Shown here piece by piece: positions 1 to 7,533 of a stretch of 33,815 bases of DNA. The notes under the pieces are model-generated. The model saw only the letters and a list, made by a program, of their open reading frames with translations. It was not told the origin of the DNA and did not search any database. The stretch comes from a virus (taxonomy: Duplodnaviria > Caudoviricetes): IMG/VR virus record IMGVR_UViG_3300025018_000364, positions 1 to 33,815 of that record. One strand, given 5' to 3'. The translations under genes were made by a program, and so were the position numbers. The stretch's first letter is position 1, and the number at the start of each line of letters is the position of its first letter.

Positions 1-222
1 GTCTTCAAACCCCACGAGAAAGCACCTGCTTTTGTCAAAGCAAATCTATCAATCAATCGTGATGAATTTGTGAACTGGTTACAAGAGCAAGAGCCAGACG
101 AGAAGGGACGGCTCAAGATCGACCTCAAAGAATCCAAGAAAGGGTCGTGGTATGCACATGTGAATGAATGGAAGCCAGACAGTCGCCCTGTTTATCAAGA
201 TCAGCCACAAGCATTCACTCCA
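1..222 (+). repeat. Terminal direct repeat, left copy (circularity overlap)
   Basis: Matches 33594-33815 except at positions 29, 45, 54, 81, 93, 96; positions 97-222 are identical. Confidence 0.97.
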
Positions 223-282
223 CCTGTTCCACCACAGTCTGGTGGACAAGACGATATTCAAATGTCTGATATCCCTTTTTAA
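1..282 (+). CDS. 3' part of SSB-like protein; gene starts at 33561 and spans the circular junction (about 104 aa)
   Basis: Joined ORF MSEKQFVNGLFVFKPHEK...GGQDDIQMSDIPF; P/Q/G-rich linker and acidic DIPF tail typical of SSBs; follows the ERF gene. Confidence 0.7.
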   Translation, partial: VFKPHEKAPAFVKANLSINRDEFVNWLQEQEPDEKGRLKIDLKESKKGSWYAHVNEWKPDSRPVYQDQPQAFTPPVPPQSGGQDDIQMSDIPF

Positions 283-299
283 GAAAATGAAAAACCATT

Positions 300-452
300 A
301 TGAAAACTGCAAACCTTGTTATCGCTATCATCTACACTGCAATCCTATCTCTTGTCGCTCTGACGGCTACTGATTCAGAGACAATCATCGGAGTCATTAT
401 GCTTGCTCCGCCTGTCATCGTGAACTGGATGAGCTGGAATCACTTGAAATAG
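300..452 (+). CDS. Small membrane protein (50 aa; not in ORF track)
   Basis: MKTANLVIAIIYTAILSLVALTATDSETIIGVIMLAPPVIVNWMSWNHLK; two hydrophobic segments; fills the gap up to the ATG at 454. Confidence 0.65.
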   Translation: MKTANLVIAIIYTAILSLVALTATDSETIIGVIMLAPPVIVNWMSWNHLK

Positions 453-453
453 T

Positions 454-873
454 ATGACCAATGCCGAGCGTGAAATCTTTAAGGCTATGACCCCCGTGGA
501 AGTACACGCTAAGTACGCCCAGATGTTACGAGATAAGAAGATTGACTTTAACGGGTACGCTAAGGCCCTACGTGCTCACAAGAACCTCCAAGATCCTATC
601 GTGGAAGAATGTACCGAAGAAGACGTGGAATGGCTCACAGAGCAATTTCAGAAGCCTGAGGTAACAGGCAAGACACAGAAAGACCGCCTGCTCAACCTGC
701 TCAAAGACGGCTTATGGCACGACACACCCAGCATTCAGATAGTGGTGTATGGAAAAAACCATTTGGGTGTGGCTCGCATAGCAAGCAGGATCAACGACCT
801 GAAGAACGAAGGCTATGACATAGAGAGCCGGAAGAAAGCCGACGCAATCTGGGAATATAAAATGAATATATGA
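454..873 (+). CDS. Winged helix-turn-helix DNA-binding protein
   Basis: C-terminal TQKDRLLNLLKDG...ARIASRINDLKNEGYDIES pattern typical of phage wHTH proteins. Confidence 0.7.
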   Translation: MTNAEREIFKAMTPVEVHAKYAQMLRDKKIDFNGYAKALRAHKNLQDPIVEECTEEDVEWLTEQFQKPEVTGKTQKDRLLNLLKDGLWHDTPSIQIVVYGKNHLGVARIASRINDLKNEGYDIESRKKADAIWEYKMNI

Positions 874-1232
874 ACGACCACTGGCTCTCTATCACAGGCA
901 AAGTAAACATCCCACAACCGCTTGAAATGGACTGTGAGTATACGTTCATGGGCAAGATCGCTACCTATGGCGTAAACAAAGGGAGCAAGCAGGACGGCTC
1001 GTTTAACGAGACATTCAAAGCCAAGTTCTGTGAGGAGATCTACCTGACCAAAGGCGAGAAGGTTATGCAGGCGAAAGACAAATATTCGCGCTCGCAGAAG
1101 TGGCGACGACTGGTCGAGGGGAAAGGTCACGACTACGAGAAATGGATGCAGTGGCAGTTTAGTAAGTTTGACGAGTTGGAGCGAGAATATGAAGTCAATG
1201 CAGAAGAAAGTATTGATACAGATGTTGGATAG
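870..1232 (+). CDS. Hypothetical phage protein
   Basis: 120-aa ORF; ATGA overlap with the upstream gene. Confidence 0.7.
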   Translation: MNDHWLSITGKVNIPQPLEMDCEYTFMGKIATYGVNKGSKQDGSFNETFKAKFCEEIYLTKGEKVMQAKDKYSRSQKWRRLVEGKGHDYEKWMQWQFSKFDELEREYEVNAEESIDTDVG

Positions 1233-1503
1233 ACCACAAGTCTGTGCCAGGGCTGGACTAGATTGCTCTGGTCGAATGACTATTGAGCACGCCTTTGGAC
1301 GTAAAATGGAAGCCTCATGGAACTGTATCTGGCTCTGTTGGTTCCATCATCTCGGTGCTGGGCTGAGCAAAGAACTCAACCGCCACCTTGCTTACCAAAA
1401 TATCACCAACGAAGAACTGAAAAAGTATAAACTAGGGGAACAAATGATCGTCGAGAAAAAGTTTTTAAAACAAAAGTATGACCGAAACCCAACAACGCAT
1501 TGA
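1189..1503 (+). CDS. HNH-like / Zn-binding nuclease-fold protein
   Basis: C-x5-C...IEHAFGR...NCIWLCWFHH resembles an HNH (beta-beta-alpha-Me) motif; start uncertain (1168, 1189 or 1198). Confidence 0.55.
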   Translation: MKSMQKKVLIQMLDRPQVCARAGLDCSGRMTIEHAFGRKMEASWNCIWLCWFHHLGAGLSKELNRHLAYQNITNEELKKYKLGEQMIVEKKFLKQKYDRNPTTH

Positions 1504-1684
1504 AACTTCTTTCCGCCATCTCTACCAATCAGCAAAGTCAGACCCTGACTGGTACGAACTCGTTATCCTGCACGCCATAGACCGTTTGAAAGATCAGAGA
1601 CAACACGCCAAGCCGGAAGAAGTAGAGAGGGAATACAATTATCGTGTCCAAGAATTTGAGAATTACTACGCAAAGAAAGTATGA
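1478..1684 (+). CDS. Hypothetical protein
   Basis: 68-aa ORF coupled to the next gene by ATGA. Confidence 0.65.
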   Translation: MTETQQRIETSFRHLYQSAKSDPDWYELVILHAIDRLKDQRQHAKPEEVEREYNYRVQEFENYYAKKV

Positions 1685-2193
1685 CCATAGCTGTACACAT
1701 ACCAACCAAAGAATCCTATGACCGCCTCATGGAACTTTACGATATTGTGGGGTGGAGGTGGGCGAGTAGAACTAAAGCAACAGAATGGTCTCCGTCCTTT
1801 ACTTATGTACAAAACATTCATGTGAATTTTAGAGACCAATTCAGATACTGGTCTTGCTCTACAAAAGAGGAATTGGAAGCAGACGGCTACACCATCATCA
1901 CTGTAGTCGAAGCAGAAGCCCGACTCAAAGAGATGTATCCAGAGAAGGCAGATTTTATTCACAAATACAATAACCCACCTAAAAAATCCCTTATGCAAAA
2001 CATCAAAGACGTACTCAAGAACGCCCTACTCTCTGACACCGACCGTATCCTCCGTGAGAACAATCTCGAAGACGAGCACGGTGACATGACCACACAAGCT
2101 ATGGATCTTATGGAAGAAGAACTCTACAAAGAACGCTGGGCTACTCGACGTACAGAGGTCGCCGAGCAACTGTTGAAGATTGAGAAGAAATAA
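1681..2193 (+). CDS. Hypothetical protein
   Basis: 170-aa ORF in the operon. Confidence 0.75.
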   Translation: MTIAVHIPTKESYDRLMELYDIVGWRWASRTKATEWSPSFTYVQNIHVNFRDQFRYWSCSTKEELEADGYTIITVVEAEARLKEMYPEKADFIHKYNNPPKKSLMQNIKDVLKNALLSDTDRILRENNLEDEHGDMTTQAMDLMEEELYKERWATRRTEVAEQLLKIEKK

Positions 2194-2202
2194 CCCTGAC
2201 GT

Positions 2203-2406
2203 ATGAGCTTTCCACAAAGAAACTGGCTCGGCTTCCCTAAAGGTTGGGCAGATCGTGGACAGGTCAGTGGCGTGTATGACGGCAATAAAACTGAATTTTT
2301 TTCTACTTGTAACAGATGCAGAACCACAGCACGTATTGGTAAAGACCCTGAACCATTTTTATTCTGCCCTAAGTGTGAAGTAAAGCTCAATCCTCCAAAG
2401 AAATAA
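2203..2406 (+). CDS. Small Zn-ribbon protein
   Basis: CNRC...CPKC. Confidence 0.65.
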   Translation: MSFPQRNWLGFPKGWADRGQVSGVYDGNKTEFFSTCNRCRTTARIGKDPEPFLFCPKCEVKLNPPKK

Positions 2407-2408
2407 CT

Positions 2409-2816
2409 ATGACCCTCAACCTCCAACATCTTGAAGAGCTATACAAGAACGCCACACAAGGGGAGTGGATAATAAAAGACTATTCAAAGTATGACTCAAA
2501 AATGAACCAAGAAATAACACTAGCTGACTTAGCAGATTCTGAAAGGATTATCGGCGGTCATTCTGAAAGACCTGGGGTAATGAGTGTAGAAGACGCTGAA
2601 CTCATCGTCGCCCTCCACAACGCCCTGCCTAAAATTCTCAAAACTATTCGTGCCTACGAGGAGATGGTTGAAAATGTGAGGGGGATGTATGTTCAAGGCA
2701 TTGATTGTGAATTCTGGGGGTGTGAACCTCTAAGAACAGCGATTGAAGCGAGGCGTGACTCCATCCTCAAATACCTCGATGAGAAACTTAAAGAGGTTGT
2801 CGAGGGAATGAACTAA
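2409..2816 (+). CDS. Ead/Ea22-like early protein
   Basis: LEELYKNATQGEW...DAELIVALHNALPKIL matches the Ead/Ea22-like pattern. Confidence 0.65.
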   Translation: MTLNLQHLEELYKNATQGEWIIKDYSKYDSKMNQEITLADLADSERIIGGHSERPGVMSVEDAELIVALHNALPKILKTIRAYEEMVENVRGMYVQGIDCEFWGCEPLRTAIEARRDSILKYLDEKLKEVVEGMN

Positions 2817-2838
2817 CTTATATGGGCTAAAGAGATTG

Positions 2839-3030
2839 ATGTATGAGCAAAAGGAAAGACCTAAAAAACGTGTGTTGGGGCATTGGTAAACTGGGAGGTG
2901 GAAACTTAGACATTTGTCGAAAAGCAACTCTAAAAAAACTACTAAAGTTCCCGCAATATGTGACATCCACCAAGAATTGTTTATCGAGATTCTTGAATGT
3001 AATGACTGTGATGTAAGAATTGATGTATGA
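2839..3030 (+). pseudogene. Probably disrupted small Cys-containing gene
   Basis: The frame ending ...ICDIHQELFIEILECNDCDVRIDV* has an in-frame TAA at 2887-2889; an alternative 57-aa ORF runs 2843-3016. Confidence 0.4.
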
Positions 3031-3209
3031 ACTCATTTAAGAAACTTATCCTGTGTAGATTGTTTGGTCACGTTGTATCCGATGAATTTTGGTATGAGTT
3101 TGATGAGGGTTTCCAACCACGGTTTGTTCTTTGTGCTAGGTGTGGTGTAGTCTCTTCAGCCAATTCTTTCCCTGCTTTTAAGGAACTGCTTAAAGAGATT
3201 GATGTATGA
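3027..3209 (+). CDS. Small Cys/His protein
   Basis: LCRLFGH...CARCG, a common prophage DUF1660-like pattern. Confidence 0.6.
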   Translation: MNSFKKLILCRLFGHVVSDEFWYEFDEGFQPRFVLCARCGVVSSANSFPAFKELLKEIDV

Positions 3210-3541
3210 ACAAACTCAACCAACTCACAAAAGCGATACAAGGTAAGGTTCCTAACCTTACAAATGGGATGAAGGCTACACAAGTAAACAGTCAAGTAGT
3301 GGAGGTAACCGCAGATATGCCTGTTAGTTACCCCATCAAATTAGAAGATGTTTTGAAGACAATTCATTTAGTAAGACGAGATCGCTACCTTCTTGATCTA
3401 GATGGATACTTTCTGTGGCAAAGCGATGATACGCACGGCACACCAGAAGAAGAGCCTCAATGGGTTCTCGGTCTCCCCCTCTCCCAGCAACCACAAGAAA
3501 CGATAGACTGGCTTCATAGAGTAATTTGTATTGATATATGA
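3206..3541 (+). CDS. Hypothetical protein
   Basis: 111-aa ORF with ATGA overlaps on both sides. Confidence 0.7.
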   Translation: MNKLNQLTKAIQGKVPNLTNGMKATQVNSQVVEVTADMPVSYPIKLEDVLKTIHLVRRDRYLLDLDGYFLWQSDDTHGTPEEEPQWVLGLPLSQQPQETIDWLHRVICIDI

Positions 3542-3789
3542 AAAGAAGGTACTGGTATGTTTTGAATCGACAACACTGGTTCATAGATTATAGAGACTCT
3601 GCGTGTATTGGTTGTGGATTAAATTGGAGATATATTCTTCAAGAACCACACTGCAAGAAACCGTTATCAATTCTTCGACGTTTCCGTACAAATAAAAGCC
3701 TATTCTACACACGGAATATCTCAGGGAAATTATTGAGTGGTAAACAAATGCCTCAAAATAAAGAAACAAGAATCTGTCAAATTTCATAA
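3538..3789 (+). CDS. Hypothetical basic protein
   Basis: ATGA-coupled 83-aa ORF with CIGC. Confidence 0.45.
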   Translation: MKRRYWYVLNRQHWFIDYRDSACIGCGLNWRYILQEPHCKKPLSILRRFRTNKSLFYTRNISGKLLSGKQMPQNKETRICQIS

Positions 3790-4063
3790 CCCCCTATGTT
3801 CACCCAAGACACTAAAAGCTATGCAAACAATGTTTCCAAAACATAAAATAAAAACAGAAGAAGTGGAGATTGAAATGTGCGGGGACTGCATGGAAGAGCT
3901 AAAATCTATCGTTGTTCCTCCCTTTCGCCATCTATTTGAATGTTCTTGTGGTCATTGGCAAATGGCTCGGTGGAGAGAAATCGACGCAAAAGGTATCCAC
4001 TACAAGTTAGTCACACCACGGGTACTACTAGATTATCTGAAAGACGAATCACCGCCAGCTTGA
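3737..4063 (+). CDS. Zn-ribbon hypothetical protein
   Basis: CGDC...CSCG; start uncertain. Confidence 0.55.
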   Translation: MVNKCLKIKKQESVKFHNPLCSPKTLKAMQTMFPKHKIKTEEVEIEMCGDCMEELKSIVVPPFRHLFECSCGHWQMARWREIDAKGIHYKLVTPRVLLDYLKDESPPA

Positions 4064-4079
4064 CCGACCAACACTCTAA

Positions 4080-4115
4080 ACCACACGCTATCAAACAAGA
4101 CGGCTAGCGTGTGGT
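4080..4115. other. Intergenic stem-loop upstream of the RNA ligase
   Basis: ACCACACGCTA (4080-4090) / TAGCGTGTGGT (4105-4115), perfect 11 bp, no U-tract. Confidence 0.7.
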
Positions 4116-4171
4116 GTACGACAAGGATTTGAAAGAGTTTTATCATTATTGCACTAACTGTAAATAAATAT

Positions 4172-4816
4172 ATGACCACATACCACAAGATTCAATCAAT
4201 GTTTAAGCGAGACATGACAAAAAAAGGTCAGATGCTTATGGGAGAATGGACACTTCCAGAGTTTGAATGGCTTAAAGATAATCAATGGGTGTTCACGGAG
4301 AAGGTGGACGGTACAAACATTCGTGTTATGTGGGACGGAGAGCGTGTCTCATTCAACGGAAAAACAGACAACGCTCAGCTTCACACCGACCTTATCCGAG
4401 CACTTCAAGAGATGTTTGAGACGCTCTCTAAGCGTCAACTCTTCCAAGAAATCTTTGTCCCAGCAGAAGACGGTAAGGTAGAAGTCTGCCTTTATGGTGA
4501 AGGTTACGGGGCAGGGATTCAAAAAGGTGGTTGTTACCGTGATGACAAGAGCTTTGTACTCTTTGATGTGCTTATCGGAGGACTCTGGCTTCAGCGTAAA
4601 GACGTAGAGGATATCGCACAGAAGCTAGGTATTGATGTTGTTCCCGTGATTGGAGAAGGAACCCTTGAAGAGGGTATTGAGCTTGTCCGCAAAGGATTCA
4701 AGTCCCAGTGGGGAGACTTTGTTGCAGAGGGTATTGTGGCTCGTCCAGCAACCGAGTTGCGAACACGTCGAGGGGATAGGTTGATAACCAAGATCAAACA
4801 CCGAGATTTTAACTAA
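4172..4816 (+). CDS. ATP-dependent RNA ligase, Rnl2-like nucleotidyltransferase domain only
   Basis: Motif I EKVDGTN, III YGEGYG, IIIa FVLFDV, IV EGIVARP, V TKIK. Confidence 0.88.
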   Translation: MTTYHKIQSMFKRDMTKKGQMLMGEWTLPEFEWLKDNQWVFTEKVDGTNIRVMWDGERVSFNGKTDNAQLHTDLIRALQEMFETLSKRQLFQEIFVPAEDGKVEVCLYGEGYGAGIQKGGCYRDDKSFVLFDVLIGGLWLQRKDVEDIAQKLGIDVVPVIGEGTLEEGIELVRKGFKSQWGDFVAEGIVARPATELRTRRGDRLITKIKHRDFN

Positions 4817-4821
4817 CCTCT

Positions 4822-5103
4822 ATGCCATGCCCAACCTGCCACTCCGACGCAACCACAGAACTCAAGCACCCTGTACACGTCTGCCGACCCAACCATTTAT
4901 CCACCTGTAAGACCAACGACCACGAGGCTTGCGGGTACGAAGAGTGGACATCAGAACTCAAGTACAAGTGCATCCACGACCGACAGATGAGGGTGATACG
5001 GTTGCTTTGTTGGGTGGTGTTTGCATCGCTGGCTTATAATATGTATGTGATGTGGAAGCTATCACCTGAGACTGTTTGTCTTAACGCTCTAATGGGAAAC
5101 TAA
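4822..5103 (+). CDS. Cys/His-rich protein with C-terminal membrane helix
   Basis: CPTC...; hydrophobic LLCWVVFASLAYNMYVMW. Confidence 0.55.
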   Translation: MPCPTCHSDATTELKHPVHVCRPNHLSTCKTNDHEACGYEEWTSELKYKCIHDRQMRVIRLLCWVVFASLAYNMYVMWKLSPETVCLNALMGN

Positions 5104-5107
5104 TCCT

Positions 5108-5284
5108 ATGCCAATTACCTCACCTTTAATAACAATTCCAATGCTGAGAGAGGAAATTAAACGACTAGAGCATGAGATACGTTTCATTGACAAGCGAATA
5201 AAAGCTATTACTGAACTTATACGAGTCTTTGAACAAGATCCCTCCACAAGCTCGATCCAGCACGAGTCTGTGGGACGGTGTTAA
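5108..5284 (+). CDS. Small coiled-coil protein (58 aa; not in ORF track)
   Basis: MPITSPLITIPMLREEIKRLEHEIRFIDKRIKAITELIRVFEQ...; fills the gap. Confidence 0.55.
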   Translation: MPITSPLITIPMLREEIKRLEHEIRFIDKRIKAITELIRVFEQDPSTSSIQHESVGRC

Positions 5285-5296
5285 TGGGAAATTGAT

Positions 5297-5773
5297 ATGA
5301 AGTATTGGCTCACAACAGACACACATTTTGGACATGATAAAATGCTTGAGATTGGACGACCCACTGACTATGAACAAAGAATACTCAGAGGACTTTCAGC
5401 TCTTAAACAAGAGGATGTATTGATCCATCTTGGAGATGTGTGTATTGGGAATGATGAGTCGAACCACGCAAAGTTTATTGTTCCTCTATCTGTAAAAAAG
5501 GTTCTTGTTAAAGGGAATCACGACAAGAAAAGTGATACTTGGTATCTGCAAAACGGCTGGGATTTTGTTTGTGACTCGTTTTCTTTCAACAAGTTTGGTA
5601 AGCGACTGTTATTTACTCACGTGCCACAAGCCAAGCGACCAGACTTTGACCTGAACTTTCATGGTCATATCCACGAAGCCATACACCGTGAGTACAACCC
5701 TCAAGATCATCATCGGTGTATCTCGCTTGAAGTACAAGGCTATCAACCACAAAATCTAGAAAAACTCTTATGA
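5297..5773 (+). CDS. Calcineurin-like metallophosphoesterase
   Basis: DTHFGH, HLGDV, GNHD, FTH, HGHIH motifs. Confidence 0.92.
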   Translation: MKYWLTTDTHFGHDKMLEIGRPTDYEQRILRGLSALKQEDVLIHLGDVCIGNDESNHAKFIVPLSVKKVLVKGNHDKKSDTWYLQNGWDFVCDSFSFNKFGKRLLFTHVPQAKRPDFDLNFHGHIHEAIHREYNPQDHHRCISLEVQGYQPQNLEKLL

Positions 5774-5831
5774 CCTTTCCCCTCATCGACCTCCTCACAG
5801 GACTGATCCTTGCTCCGTTTAGCTATGCGTT

Positions 5832-5966
5832 ATGACCCAAGACGAACTCAACTCAATCAAACATCGACTTGAACAAGAAGTGAGAAAGTACCGTCGAGTA
5901 GAATGGATGGACGATGAGACATTTGTAGCCGATATTATGGCGAAAATAAATCATGAGCTTTTATGA
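5832..5966 (+). CDS. Small hypothetical protein (44 aa; not in ORF track)
   Basis: MTQDELNSIKHRLEQEVRKYRRVEWMDDETFVADIMAKINHELL; ATGA overlap with the next gene. Confidence 0.55.
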   Translation: MTQDELNSIKHRLEQEVRKYRRVEWMDDETFVADIMAKINHELL

Positions 5967-6238
5967 ACAAACTCAAACAATGGGAACGAGCAACAGATAA
6001 CCTGCGAGGGGTTTTCATTGAGAAGTATTTCTCTGATGTGCCGGTGGATTCTTACTGGGTCGGTTCTGAAATCGGTGGTGTCCTTTTTATTAACGATCAT
6101 TTCTTCAATCTCTCGGACATGGTGGACTATCTGAAGTATGATTACTCTCCAGAGGAGATGTTCCAGCGAGAGGAAGAAATGGAAAGACCTGTTGAAATAT
6201 GTATAAGAGATTGGAAGAAGTTCAAAGGTAAAGTATGA
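5963..6238 (+). CDS. Hypothetical phage protein
   Basis: 91 aa, YWVGSEIGGVLFINDHFF; coupled on both sides. Confidence 0.7.
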   Translation: MNKLKQWERATDNLRGVFIEKYFSDVPVDSYWVGSEIGGVLFINDHFFNLSDMVDYLKYDYSPEEMFQREEEMERPVEICIRDWKKFKGKV

Positions 6239-6630
6239 AAATAGTACACTGCATGACCCCGTTCCCTAACCCAAGGGCATTCGACATCCTCATTGGTACA
6301 CACACAGAAAAGGAGGACTACCTCAATGATAAGTTTGGGTACGGACTCATGGAAACAAACTCAAGGACTGCTGGGAATGCCCAATGCATTACTGTTGAGA
6401 CAAAGAAAGGAAGAGAGCGATTCCTTTGGTTCGAGCGTGTGAACACTGAACCAGAAGAACTAGGTCTAGTCGTTCATGAGGTACTTCACTTCGTCTTTGC
6501 TGAACTCAAGGATGCGGGGATCAAACACTCTGAAGAGAGCGAAGAGATATACACCTACCTACTTCAGCACATCGTGGTCAATCTATTTGCAGCGTTAGAG
6601 AAACCAAAGAAAAAGACAAAGAAAAGATAG
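6235..6630 (+). CDS. HExxH (zincin-like) protein
   Basis: VVHEVLH followed by EEIYTYL. Confidence 0.7.
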   Translation: MKIVHCMTPFPNPRAFDILIGTHTEKEDYLNDKFGYGLMETNSRTAGNAQCITVETKKGRERFLWFERVNTEPEELGLVVHEVLHFVFAELKDAGIKHSEESEEIYTYLLQHIVVNLFAALEKPKKKTKKR

Positions 6631-6873
6631 CCGACTAATCCTCGGCTCTCCAAAATAGGTTCTGATGAGTGGCAAATAGTGAGCCGTAATGCATTACACC
6701 CATGCTCAGCCATGTTGTTGCGTAACAGTAAGGAGTTGGCACTCCCTACCTCATCAGAATCTATTTTGGGGACAGACGTTGTGATGATGTGATAAACGAA
6801 GGCACCTCATCACTTTGGGTCGTTTGTCTCTAACAATTTAATAAGGGGGTTACACATAGAGTCGTAGCCCCCT
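6630..6873 (+). ncRNA. Structured 3' region or candidate ncRNA A
   Basis: Hairpin 6630-6646; 23-bp stem 6647-6669/6750-6772 (two G-U) enclosing three sub-hairpins; long hairpin 6769-6830; 10-bp hairpin 6844-6873. Confidence 0.55.
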
Positions 6874-6894
6874 GTTCTCCACTTTTTTTCAACG

Positions 6895-6903
6895 TGCTAC
6901 AAT
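6895..6903 (+). promoter_or_regulatory. Extended -10 promoter (TG-C-TACAAT)
   Basis: Predicted start at about 6910 coincides with the first base of stem GTAAGA(6910)/TCTTAC(6967). Confidence 0.5.
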
Positions 6904-6909
6904 AAATAA

Positions 6910-7251
6910 GTAAGAACTGCACACCACCCTTATTGGGAGGTCTCCCATAGGGAGCGGATGGTCTTACCGCACGAGTAGTGGCTCAAGTAAGGTATATGCC
7001 ACGGAGAAGGAGACTCGTGACTTGATTCCTCACCTCTGTCGTCGATCAGAGGGGAGGGATGGGGTAAAAAAAATCAATACTTTCTTCGTGGGTTCCCTGC
7101 TAGGTTAACTGGGAACATCTGGATCGGCAGCCTTCGGGCTAAAGCGACTGATGATTAGCTGAAATGCTATGAAACATTTGTCTCGTGGAGTCTCCCCAGC
7201 CGATGAATAACTGGAGACCTTAGACCTAGCCCTTCGTGGAAAGTATTGATT
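6910..7251 (+). ncRNA. Structured leader or candidate ncRNA B containing the hammerhead
   Basis: Stems GTAAGA/TCTTAC, CACGAGT/ACTCGTG, CCTCTG/CAGAGG and a perfect 13-bp AATCAATACTTTC(7072-7084)/GAAAGTATTGATT(7239-7251); no convincing ORF. Confidence 0.6.
7136..7193 (+). ncRNA. Type I hammerhead ribozyme (variant); predicted cleavage after C7182
   Basis: GCGA-CUGAUGA-U-UAGC-UGAAAU-GCUA-U-GAAA-C-AUUU-GUC^UCGU: complete core, stem I GCGA/UCGU extendable through an AAA/GG loop to GGGCU/AGUCU, stem II with UGAAAU loop, minimal stem III. Confidence 0.75.
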
Positions 7252-7269
7252 CAACCCAGAGGAGGAGTA

Positions 7270-7533
7270 ATGAGAAATTCATCACTCAGAATCCCCTCTC
7301 GTGAGGGGTACTCACCTGACCGTCTGTACATCGCTTGTCCAGACTGCGGTACACCATGCCTCATTCGTCTCGCACTTCTGTGTGATAACGGAAAGATCGC
7401 CTACATCGCTGTATGTGGTGAGTGTGCAGACCACGTTTCGATCCGTCTATGGATCAACCTCTCTGCCCACGACTGGAAGTCCATGTGGCTTGCTGGGGTT
7501 CCCGTCGTTCACTATGAGGTGCAGGGTGGATAA
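7270..7533 (+). CDS. Zn-ribbon protein (87 aa)
   Basis: SD AGGAGG at 7260-7265; CPDC-x22-CGEC. Confidence 0.75.
   Translation: MRNSSLRIPSREGYSPDRLYIACPDCGTPCLIRLALLCDNGKIAYIAVCGECADHVSIRLWINLSAHDWKSMWLAGVPVVHYEVQGG

Larger units (their letters stand above)
2828..3209 (+). repeat. Gene-junction direct repeat TAAAGAGATTGATGTATGA
   Basis: Exact 19-mer at 2828-2846 and 3191-3209; core ATTGATGTATGA also at 3019-3030; variant ATTGATATATGA at 3530-3541. Confidence 0.85.

Noticed and set aside
1-222. Diversity-generating retroelement template/variable repeat pair
   Set aside because: Mismatches are not adenine-specific, are mostly synonymous, and no reverse transcriptase is present
2887-2889. Stop-codon recoding suggested by the in-frame TAA
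   Set aside because: Isolated case; all long genes are intact under the standard code and all three stops end genes
2828-3541. CRISPR array
   Set aside because: Repeats are short, irregularly spaced and separated by whole genes; no cas genes
6662-6720. CTGATGA at 6662 as a second hammerhead
   Set aside because: No GAAA follows the candidate stem II, and the motif is buried in the 23-bp helix
6720-6757. Minus-strand CTGATGA plus hairpin as an antisense hammerhead
   Set aside because: The stem is followed by GTTAC rather than GAAA; it is just the complementary arm of the long helix
6910-7020. Hairpin ribozyme (AGAA, GGTC, GTATAT words present)
   Set aside because: Loop A register and loop B arrangement do not fit; GTAAGA/TCTTAC pair directly
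6630-7260. tRNA, tmRNA, RNase P, or group I/II intron hosting the HNH
   Set aside because: No T-loop or cloverleaf, tag ORF, P4/P7 consensus or domain V seen; no interrupted host gene
7301-7525. Long N-terminal extension of the HNH ORF, and the 7757 start of the last Zn-ribbon ORF
   Set aside because: They overlap better SD-led ORFs in other frames; starts at 7526 and 7820 have clear SD motifs
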